Shown here piece by piece: positions 13,306 through 23,838 of a stretch of 64,000 bases of DNA (its first letter is position 1; each line of letters starts with the position of its first letter). This DNA comes from Cystobasidiomycetes sp. EMM_F5 (lineage: Eukaryota): assembly GCA_051047955.1 (NCBI GenBank), contig JBPGPT010000002.1, positions 1 to 64,000 of the forward strand, in the 5' to 3' direction. Both the position numbers and the translations under genes were made by a program. The notes beneath the pieces are model-generated. The model was not told where the DNA came from, ran no database searches, and worked only from the letters and a program-made list of their open reading frames with translations.

Positions 13306-15753
13306 TTAGCTTGAGCAGCTACATTGAAACCCAAGCATCTGCTCATCGCCAACCTCGCATAAGCGACGCTGCTCTTCGATGTCGGGAGTAGGTCTGGCAC
13401 ACATAGCCGGATCAACCAAGTCTTCGCCATAGTCTTCGAAGGGATGCGTTGCCATATCCAGTACGCGCTGCAGGAATGCGACATCGTTGTCCTTGTCTAG
13501 CCGGCTGATGGCCTCCTCCAAGACCCATTGTCGCAAAATGAAGCGTGGGTTGGCTCGCTTCATCCGCTCTCTGCGACTCGTATTTTCCTGTCCTGATGCT
13601 TGCTCCGACAGCTCCATTCTCGTTTGCCACGACTTCAGCCATGCGGTCCACTTCTGATGACATTCATTGTGAAGATATGCTGGGACCTGCTTCTTTGGAC
13701 ACAGCATGTCCAGGAAGCGATTGAAGTTAGGCGACTCCGTAGTCGTAAATTGCGTCAGCAAGCGGAAGGTGCGGGAGAAATCGAGATGGTGGTCGGACAT
13801 GAGTGAAAGCATCGGATCAAAAAGATTTGTGAAGTCCTCCTGCGTTGCATTGGTTATTCCCAAACGCTGGACGATTCCGTCGATCATCAGCTAACACGCG
13901 ATGGACGTCAAGAACGCATCCCCACCTTGCCCATGAGGTATCTGTATTCTCGTACAAAATATCCGGTGAATTCACTAGCGATTTCATCAACGACACGGAG
14001 ACCTTCGTTGCGCCATCCATCCAGTTTGTCGGTCTCCTTGGCCCACCCTCTTTGAGCAGCACTGACCATTCTTCCATTTCCAGCAAGTTCGAGTTCGCAA
14101 CCGATAAGTTCAGCTAAAGAGCTACCTAGTCTCTGCATAGCTTCGACACATATCGGCGGCTGGTTGCGATAGCTATACCGACCTTGTTCATCTGAATGAT
14201 TGCAAATATGGTTTGCCGAGTATATGTCCATCCAGGCATATCTGTCAAGGCTTACATGTTAGCACTTCAGCTGCTCACACACCTGTACAACTTCTCACTG
14301 ACGGGCCGTAATCGATAGTCAGACCAGCAATACTGATGTTGTCCGTATTTAGAACGCCGTGCATGAAGCCCGTGGCCTGCCACCCAGCGACAAGCCGTGC
14401 TGTCCTTCTGCTGGTTTCCCGCAAGACTTTGGCGGCGAGACTTTTGTCGTCCGGCTCGTTGTCATGTGACACGCCCGATTTGCCAAAGCCAAAGACTTCT
14501 CGACCGGCATAACTCACCAGATCTCGAAGTATATCCCACTCATCGCGACTCCAGGGCAATTCGAAGCACCCTATTCGCAACCATGAAGGCGCGACTCGGC
14601 AGACAATTGCTGCGGTCTCCATAGTTTCTCGCTGCACATCTACATTAGGCAAATGCACGAGACTCAATGCCCGAGATGTTGGGATGCCTAGAGCTGCCAT
14701 AGCTTCACTGCCCAGATATTCTCGCACTGAGCTGCGCAGCACCGCTAGACCGTCTGCGAAGCGCGAATAAGGCGTACGTCCGGCTCCCTTGAGCTGCAAT
14801 TCTGCGACTGGCGGATAGTACGTCCCCTCGTGATAGACGGGCCATTTGGCTGGGGTTGTCAGTATTGAAATTGCTCTCCCGTCGCCCAGCTGCGAAGCCC
14901 AGCTACCGAATTGGTGTCCACCGTAACATAGCGACCATGGTGCGAAACCAAATTTATTCTGGCCCTCCGGCAATTCTGCGCGCACGATGTGCCCGGCCAG
15001 AAAGCTCGTCAGCTCGGATCTTGCCTCGCGGCCTCCCTCCTCGGCTTGCCCGGACGCGAGATGTTCCCAGGCATCGCCGACGTCCAAGTTTGGCAAGACT
15101 TCCGTCAAAGTTTTCGCAGAAAGTCCGACGAGGACAGCGTTGCCTGTGGACTGTCGCCTGTCGTCTGACGTATACGCGGCAGCTTTATCACTGCCGACCG
15201 CCTTGATCACGCCGTCCGCAAGGTCGGGCTCCAAGCTTGCAAGATAGTCTTCAACGTCTGTGATTTGTCGCGAAGAGCCGTCTTTGGCGTTAATGTTCTG
15301 ATTGGTGGCCTTATCTTTTCCAGCACCGTTTGTCGATCCGGTCCCATCACCGACTGCCTCTCCAGTCACCTTGCGTAACCTTTTGACTTGGCCTGGCCTT
15401 ACTGCATAGGGAAAAGACAGTGGCAGGGGTGTCACATAGCTGAAATGCGCTTCCTTCACTTGTCTTGAGCGTCGCAAAATAGTTGGACGCGGTTTGTAGC
15501 CATCTTGGCCTGGCTTGTCGCTCTTTGGCGGATGTTGACTATCATACTCTGACAAAGCAAGGAGCTGCTTTACGCTTGGAACAGCAGGATCTGGCGTAAG
15601 GAAATGAGGCAGGGAAGGAGCGATGGGGAGATTTAGTATAGACACCTTTCCAGGCTGTCCCGCCGCAGTGTGGTGGCCATTGCTTTTCATCGCTTTGGGT
15701 GCGAATGGTATTTGTCGCTGCAGCAGTCGGGCCGCTCGCGTAGTCAGAGCCAC
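13306..15753 (-). CDS. FMP40: Protein adenylyltransferase SelO/Fmp40 (Cys-containing homolog of selenoprotein O)
   Basis: Motifs YGGHQFGSWASQLGDGRAI, QLKGAGRTPYSRFADGLAVLRSSVREYL, HGVLNTDN, IDYGP and ANPRFILRQW; C-terminal QCSCSS*. Start uncertain: ATG at 15690, or an upstream exon encoding a mitochondrial-type presequence. Confidence 0.93.
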
Positions 15754-15970
15754 GGTGACCTAATGTGTGAACGTTGTTGGATGGTCAGAGGCAGCTGTTG
15801 GCTTTAAGCATCCAAATTGGCTTGGGTACATTCTAAGAGTACAGTGCGATCTACTCAAAGCGTCATTCTTTGCCACACAGACAGAGAGCAAGTAGCTAAA
15901 TATCACTCTGCGCTGAAGCTTAGTCTTCCGACTGCGTTCTAGTTCGGTTCCAAATCCCATCGCAGATATG

Positions 15971-17553
15971 CTACAATATTGCATCCATGTCGACATCGTC
16001 ATTGTCGGCAACCTCGTCTAGCTTGGGCTTCACGTCTTCATCACCTTCCTCGCGCTTCACGCCGCTACTGGATGCAGTAGCACCATTCGAATCGCTCTCC
16101 ATTTTCCCCTCGCCTTTCCCTCGGGCTTTATAAGTCTCAAGCAGACTGTATAAGCCCATGTATGGCCCGCGAAGGTTGAGCTGGGCTATATCTGCCAAGA
16201 GTTCTCTCAGATACGCATCAGGTTGCTGTGTATGTGCACGCTGGTGAATGAGGCAGTGAGTCTCGCCAGACACCGAAATCTCTTTGCGCCGCAATCCGAG
16301 AACTCACCAAGTTCTTCAGACTCCAGTAATCATGCGTTTCGAAGGCGCCAAATAATAGATCAAGAACCTCGTTGCGAGGAAGTCGCGGTAAGATACGATT
16401 CGTTGATACCTTTGGCTTGGCGCTCTGCTTCAGCTGTCGGAGTAGCAGAGCTTCAGCAGCATATATTGCGCTCATCATCTGGACAACATACAAGGATGTC
16501 ATATTTCTTGCCTGCCATGCCAGCAATACCGAGGCGGCTCTGCTCGGTTTTGTCATCGTTGAGTACCTGAAGCCTGACAGAGCAAAGCAGAACTTTAGAT
16601 CAGCTCGGTGGCAGCCATTCTAAGAATGCTCATACGTACTTGCGCTTGGGCTCTGCCGCTTTCGCTTGCCTGCTCCGAACTATCTTGCGGTAAGATTCAG
16701 AGTCCACCCTAGGCGTCAGGTTACATTCGTGCTGAAAAAGAAGCTTCTCAATGATTGATCAAAACTTGTAAGCTGGACGTGCCTTACATGCACAGTGCCT
16801 GTGATTGTTGGCATGCCTGTAGTGGGAATTGAAATCAATCGATCGCATTATTTGCCGAACGCCTATGCTTGTCCGACCTACGTTTCTTCGCTGGTCGCTT
16901 CGCCGCTATTCCGGTTTCATGAGGCTTGACACGCCCTTTGCCTGGTTCCCAGCCTGATTCACCGTGAGTAACGTCGTCCCGTTCGGCGAAAATCAGCGTA
17001 TTTCTGTTGATAAGGACCATAAATCAGCTTGCACTGCCCCGAACTTTGCCGATACCACTCACTTAGTGGCCTTATTTTGGATAGTCATTGCGTATTCAGT
17101 TGGGATTTCTTCTTCGCCAGGCCGACTGGGAGGGATCAGCAAGGCTATCCTGTCGTCGCCATTTGGCAGCGGTTTTCGATACACCCGTAAGCGTCCCAAC
17201 TCCTGCCCATCCTGCTGTGTATTTTGCCATTTCTCCAGAAGGAACTTTGGCACCTGTCGTTCATAAGTTCACTACGCTTAGGGTGAGGGTTGCAATGAAT
17301 TATTCATTCGTGAGCCAACCTTGACGAGCCAAACTCGACGGTCAACGCCCTTCATATTCAGGCGTTCGTCATTGTTCAGTGCAAGATCACTGGTCGTACA
17401 GGATTAGCAGCTGTCGCTATGAGCACGGGCACACCTAGATCTTGTGCTGCCGTGTCAGGCGAGATGCACGCACAGCTGCATGTCCCCCGAGGGGTCAAAC
17501 CCAGCTGTCCGACTGTCCCCAAAGCCGCGGTCATCATCGTCGTCACTGTTCAT
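15971..17553 (-). CDS. TFG2: Transcription initiation factor IIF beta subunit (RAP30/Tfg2)
   Basis: Exons encode VWLVK|VPKFLLEKW, LGRLRVY and RLPRNEVLDLLFGAFETHDYWSLKNL...QQPDAYLRELLADIAQLNLRGPY (winged helix). Multi-intron; start approximate. Confidence 0.9.
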
Positions 17554-18333
17554 GTCGGGTAAATCACGACAGCCGTGATATTGTCAGGAAACAGAGCCGC
17601 GGCAGTAGTACTGCAGCAATGAGCCGCCTATAGGTGATCGACGTCGAGCTACATAACAGTAGATTGTGACCTGCATTACGGGTCTTCTCTGTATGCTATC
17701 ATAGCAGACAAGATTGTGAGCACCTCTATGTGCGGAAAGCTCAGAAGTAGATCAACGCGAGCCTTTGAATTACATGCATGTTCAGGTACAGACATATATT
17801 TACGCGCCTACGTACGGCTTGAAACAACAATCGCAACAATGTCGTGATACCGAAGCCCAGTGTTATTGACAATAGACCGACTCCCTAGACATACGCACTG
17901 CGTGCAAGATCAGGCTCGCGAAAGCGAAGTGTCGGCTGGAGATCAGCGTTTGCGCCCCGCTTTTTAGTCGGTTGAACGGCTTTGTGCTGCCACAAGTTTA
18001 TTCGCAAGTCAAGCTCTCGTATGTGGAAATGTTTGTTACATGTTGTTCACACGAAGTTTGCATGTTGCAGCTTCCGCATAAATTGCACTCTTGGCGCCAA
18101 AGTGGGGCCCGGAAGGTCAGCTGAGCAGGAAAAAAGGAGAGAAAAGTGCAAGAGCACATCAACGACGCAGACGCTTTCTTCAAAGCTGTCTCTTGCAATC
18201 AACAGCTGTCGAGTCATCAGAAACGGCGACAGCACCTCTCCGGAATAAGCCGTCTCTTATCGGAAGTTCTGCTGGGCGGGAGTCTATTCAATCGAAGGAA
18301 AACTGATAAGAAAGCCCCCATACCGAGACAGCC

Positions 18334-19582
18334 ATGGCAAGCAACCCCCGCGGCGGTGTAGCTGGAATCGACCAATCGTTGGAGACATCTGTCGACAGAC
18401 AACCCGATCGTATTGCTGCAAGAGCAGATCCAGAAGGAGAAGGCGGAGCTCTCGGAGACGACCATCGGACACATCAGCATCAGGAAGAAGCCAGAGAGCA
18501 ACCGTCGGGATTACTCAAAATCTTTGGCAGGAGAACTTCGAGCGCTAATAGGAGCAGGAGCCGAAGCCAGGAGCGTCTGTCACAGGTTACGACCACCGAG
18601 TCGAGCGTCTCTTCAAATCGAACCAACGGGACCGGTTTCGGAGGTATCCTGAAGCGAACCATGTCCAACTCAACCGAGCACACCGCCAACGGCACTGCTC
18701 AGCATCATCACGGACTGCTCGACAAGGTCAAGGGCATCTATGCCCAACGCCCTTCCTCGAGAGACCGCTCCGCCGGGCACCACGATGATTCGCATCGAGG
18801 AGACGGCACATTAGGTAAGGCAGGATTCCAGTGCTACAGCATCATTACGTTCAAGCAAAGCTGACCGTGCCCCTACCTCCAACAGGCGCCGATACCGAAC
18901 GCGGCAGGGGCCCGCGTGAACACGATCCTATGGGTGAGTCCCGCCTTCCAGCACGTTGCACGTCATTGCCGTTGGCAACGATACTGGACAGCTTATCTCG
19001 CATCAAGTCAATCCTGCGACTGACTCTGTCTCTGCCTCCATAAAAACGACCACTCTGCCTCCGCACGCTGTACACACCTTTCTACGTATCAATGTCGACT
19101 ACGCAAACCGACTCTGTAACGGACGACAAACCTCTAGTATCGACCGGACGAGGCGGCGCAGGCAACATCCGCGCAGCATCACGGACTCGCGGACCAGAAG
19201 AGACCTCCGAAGGCGAGCTCGAAGCTCGTGAAAAATCTCGAGAGCGCTCCCGCGAAAGAGGACACGCAGCGGGTCGTGGTGGGGCTGGCAATTTCCGCTC
19301 GGCATCCCGCGACCCTGCCGCCCGGATCAGGGAGGAGGAGGAAGGCCAGCAAATGGCCAGAGCAGAGGTGAATGACCCTATACGAGTCTTGGTGAAACAG
19401 ACATTGCTGACGCTGTCAAATGTCACTGACTGCAGGCTGCCGCTCAGGCCGCCCGCGAAGCCGCAGATGCAAACCATCTCAAATCGTACGGTAGAGGTGG
19501 AGCGTGAGTGAATACTACCCGTATTGTACTGCTTTGGGCTGATTTGGACTTCTGATATGACAGCGGGAATATACACGCTTAA
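18334..19582 (+). CDS. GRGGAGN-repeat protein (Par32/DUF3602-like)
   Basis: Three GRGGAGN motifs, the third split by an intron and ending YGRGGAGNIHA*. Upstream exons 18334-18814 and 18886-18933 splice in frame to 19138. Alternative in-frame ATG at 19092. Confidence 0.7.
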
Positions 19583-19936
19583 AGAGACTCCGACTGCGTT
19601 CAGCTCGTGTGTTGCAACTCGTCCACCAGATGTACATGATTCATCGTCAAAGTAGCTATATACATCTAATTACCCTGTAGTATTGTTGCAACAGTAGTTG
19701 CTATAGCGCATCTCCCAAGCTTTTGGCCATCTATGTCGAGTTCGCTTTATCAGGATGACTGCAGCATTCTCCCTTCTGCTGCTGCTTGCTATGTATGCGC
19801 TGTCCGTAGATGACATACCCGCTATTTCCGGCAGTACATCTCGCAGCTTGACCGCTGTTGTCTCTCATTGCGCCTTCACGCACAAAGTCGACGAGAGCAG
19901 ATTGCTTTTCTACGCACTCCGCCTGACCAGCAAAAC

Positions 19937-20755
19937 ATGCAGCGAGGTCCTACTATACGTTCAGCACTCCGTACTAGCATTCAGCAGTCTATCGTCCAGC
20001 AATCTCGTCAAAGCGCCAAAGGCTTTGTCTCGGCAAGGTCACATTTGCATACCCGCTCAGCATCTCCCAATTCCAACTCTGGTTCTATCTTCACTGCTCC
20101 CACACACTGTGTATGCGGGCAGGCTTTGATAATATCGCAGACACTTCCGCGTAGAAGCTTCTCCGCGTCACAACGCAGACAGGCTGATGAACAGACTGTA
20201 CCCTCGAGGTCAGCTAGATTTCTCACACCTTTCACCAGTCTCATATGAATCATTGCCTCATAGAGTTCTCACGGAGAAAGAGTATCAAGCGAGAGCCGAT
20301 GAAGCAATGGACCTGCTCACCGACCGCTTGGAACAACTGCAGGAGGAACTTGGCGATACAGATTGCGATGTTGAATACTCGGTAGGCTCATCTGTGACGG
20401 AAAAAGCTCCTTACGCTGACACGCTTCTGCCTGTTCTACCTTACTCGCAGTCGGGCGTGCTGACTTTGAAGTTGCCGGATGGACATGGAACTTATGTGAT
20501 CAACAAGCAGCCGCCTAACAAGCAGATATGGCTGAGCAGTCCCTCATCGTAAGCTGTACCAGGCGTGGTTCGCCCTCAAACCGCCGACGGATTCGCTAAT
20601 TTTTCTGTTTCTACGTTCAATGTAGCGGTCCAAAGCGGTATGATTGGAACGAGGATGAGCAGACTTGGATATACACCCGTGATGGGAGCCTGATGCTTGA
20701 TCTTCTAGGAAACGAGTTGTCTGAGAAGTTGGGTAGAGATATAGCCTTTCGGTGA
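19937..20755 (+). CDS. YFH1: Mitochondrial frataxin (iron donor/chaperone)
   Basis: Arg/Ser-rich presequence; [41 protein letters not shown], the frataxin signature. Confidence 0.95.
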
Positions 20756-23700
20756 CCGAAATTGCGATGTTTAGTGAAACACATCAAACAGAAGTATCTC
20801 GCGAAACCAGTCTGTCGTGGGCGTGCGCGCGCACGCTTTCAATACGCTACGCGCTGAGAGTCTCGGCTATGATTTCAGCATGCTTCCCCATTACGCGTGT
20901 TGCGTCGTATGCTGCTTGCCTCTCCTCCAGCAAGGCCAATGCATTCTTACGGAGGGTATGCCTTGCTCGATACAGCCTACTCGCGAGCGCTTGCTGCTGG
21001 CAGGTCGCAGCGTCTATTGGTATCTAGACTATGGACGATATGGTTGCGGCACCCGCGGTGCATCCTGTCTATGCTGTCGGCGTCGGAATGACCTGCCCTC
21101 GCGTACAGCACTTCTTGAATATGCGATTTGCAACTCTCACAACTGCTCCTGATGGTCATCACAGACGTCGAGTCACATCACAGAAACTACTTCACCTCCG
21201 CTGTTGCTCGCACGCGGCATATTTCGAGTTGTCACCACGGTTTCGCGTCAAAGAGGAGAACAACACACTGCCAGACGGCTTCACCGCTGCTCGTATTTGT
21301 CACTGCCAAAGGATCCGCACACGAGGATGCTGTGCTTGCAACACAGGCAAAATTGCTCCAAGTCACGCGAGGGACACCTGCGCACAGAGCCTGCTGCTTG
21401 TGGACGCGTTTCCGCCACCTCCGTCGGGAAGGTGGTCCTCCGTCTTTCTTGATAACGGACAGCCCTCAGTACCGGTGGTACCTTCGAAGATTGGAGGCTT
21501 AAGCCCTAACCCTACTAACCTCCCCGCGAGGAGGGCCCGGTGCGCACTATCTTCTTTCTCCGCATTCCCTCGTACCGTGGTTATCGCTGCGACAACGCTT
21601 GTACGCCGCAGCATTGCCTCATGGATGATTAGTGCGGCGCATTTCGATTCGTGTATCATGCTGAGCTCTCCCAAGAACATCTCGTCAATCGCAAGCCGGA
21701 CCTTTATAGATAGACAACGCCATTTGTCTTGCCTACCCACAAGGGCGATCTTTGCGAGCAATGCCAAGGCAGCACACGGCCGAATCGACCGAATGGACAG
21801 GCAATTCCTCCTAACCTGTCAGGCCAACGGCATCATGCTTTAAACGTGTGACATGCTAGAAGCCGCTGCGTGTCGACTGGGCCAACAGTGCTTTGCCAAT
21901 CTCCGGCCAAACAGAGAAGCCCCGGAGCGGCCTCTTACTCGCGTGCTGTCGCCTCGCCGCTGCTGCGATACAGACGATCGCCCTATCCTCCGCGCATAAG
22001 GTTTGTTTGCGCTAGATAGAGACGCAAGTTTTGTGGATTGAGCACGCTCTCTTGATATTTTAATGCGTAGAACTGTCGCGTCTTCCTACGTAGGCTTTGC
22101 AGCCGTCCAGCTCGCATACTAGCTTGTTCCTTTCTCACAACCATGCTGCCGGGTCCTACCTTGCTTGCTCTCCGTCATCTGCTCCTCTACGAGAGGAGTG
22201 CGATGCCGGTGACGCGCTACCGTGATAAGGTTTTATCAGCAGCAAGGAGCCTACTTCCAGCGATGCGTACATTGGGTATCTTCCTGCAACATGGGAGACG
22301 TCCGCGTAGCTCTGCCTCGCTTGGCCTGCCTTACTTCACACAGTCGCGCTTACTGACGTAAACGTAGACGTCCGCGTAATCAGCATGCACCCGCACAGTG
22401 GCTGGCATCGTTGATGTACAGCGTAGCTGGAACTTGGCTCCAACAAACCTCGTTCAGACAACGAGAGCTGCGACCGGCCCTTTTACAGCTCTGTCCAGGC
22501 CGGGTACTTCCCTTGATCTGCTTTCAAGGGTCGACAAGCCGCGCATCATTACGTCTTGCGATTCGCGGCAGGAAAGATGCTCTAAAGTCCTGCACTTGCA
22601 GCCCATCCGTTCATTTCGGCCTCCCGGTGTGGTGACAAGAGTACGCGGTACTGTCTTGGCTTCCTTCATTACATATCTCCTGCATCCCGCCCGTGGTGAC
22701 GACGGTTCCACACAAAAAGTTCTGCTAGGGACTCGCTCAGACGCTCTGCCTTGGACCGGAATGGTTGGCATTCGCATCACACACATTGTACCGAGTGGAG
22801 CGTGGTTCCACGATTGCCCAGACTCGGACGAATGTGCCGGGGCTATCTTGCTAGTCTCAAGCGCTATTATACCTTTCCGGCAAATGACGATGAAGCTGCT
22901 TGCTGTAGGCACAGCTCGCAAATTTGGTCAATCCTGCCCTACCGACGTCGAATCATGTCACTGGCCCTGTCGTCTGTCCCTCGTATGCATATGGCTTCGC
23001 TATCATGAGCGCTTCGTTATTCATCCAGAAGCCTGTTAATTGGCTGCAGGGCGTCGTTTGTAGTAAAGCTTCACTGAGCTGTGTTCCTTGTCGATGCACA
23101 CAGGCATGAGCATACATCCGTCTGCAGCATTCCCCAGTACCTGCCGCCGTCATTCCGGAGTGTCGGTGCGCGAGACCGATGCCTGTGTCGCAGAGTCGTC
23201 TGTTGCGCCAAGCAATACTCGCAGCTCCTGCTTGCACTGCATCATGCATTCCTGCTTTCCTTACTGTATTCTCCGCGCCTGCCTACCCAGAACCTTCTGC
23301 GCCGGGTTTCTCCGCAATCACAAAGTCTCCGTACGAAGGCTTTCAGAGATACGTTCTCGTTTGCTTGCGGATGTAGCACGGAGTAGAAAGCTGGACAGGG
23401 CGAACGTGATGCAGGACAGTCGGTAGCGTCGGAATATCGATGGCAGCAAGAGCAGTCAGCACTTGAGTGGCGTCGTGATGTAAATGCGCAAGGGCGCCTC
23501 GATTGGCTTCGGCCTCGCATGCAGGGAAAGGGATGGCTCTGACTCAGCTCGAAAGCCATTTACTTTATTTCACATTGGCGCAGCGGTGCGATCGGTGTCA
23601 GCTGGCTGCCCTGGCGTCCTAGCATGCTCGTGTACAGTGCCCATGGTTCTTGACGTACTCGCAAGGGGGCGAGGGTGCACATTTTTCAGCCAAGTCGAGT

Positions 23701-23838
23701 GGCAGACAAACTGCAGAGCTTTCGTGTAGCTTAGACTGCTGCAAGCAGTCCACTCGTTGGGCAGGATTTGGCTATATGCGAAACAAAACTCTCCGATGCC
23801 TTAATTCTTCCACAAATCGTTATACCTATGCAAGCTGC
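20756..23838 (+). ncRNA. Candidate long structured ncRNA locus (possible telomerase RNA); boundaries unknown
   Basis: Largest gap in the window with no convincing gene. Contains CCCTAACCCTA (21504-21514) and many local hairpins. See findings. Confidence 0.3.

Noticed and set aside
13306..13330. SelO as a true selenoprotein (UGA recoding)
   Set aside because: The C-terminus reads C-S-C-S-S-TAA with TGC at the Sec-equivalent position; there is no in-frame TGA.
17278..17291. Telomere-like TTAGGGTGAGGG, and TAGGGTTA at ~12542
   Set aside because: Imperfect or short, and located inside a TFG2 intron or a coding exon; treated as chance.
17905..18130. SRP-RNA-like GNRA hairpins (CGC-GAAA-GCG, CC-GGAA-GG)
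   Set aside because: The flanking CAGG/AGCA symmetric loop of SRP helix 8 is not correctly positioned.
21031..21843. 270-aa ORF, and the 213-aa ORF 22398-23039, in the gap
   Set aside because: Cys/Arg-rich composition with no recognisable motif, and overlapping frames are similarly open. Not called as CDS, although a fast-evolving gene or pseudogene cannot be excluded.
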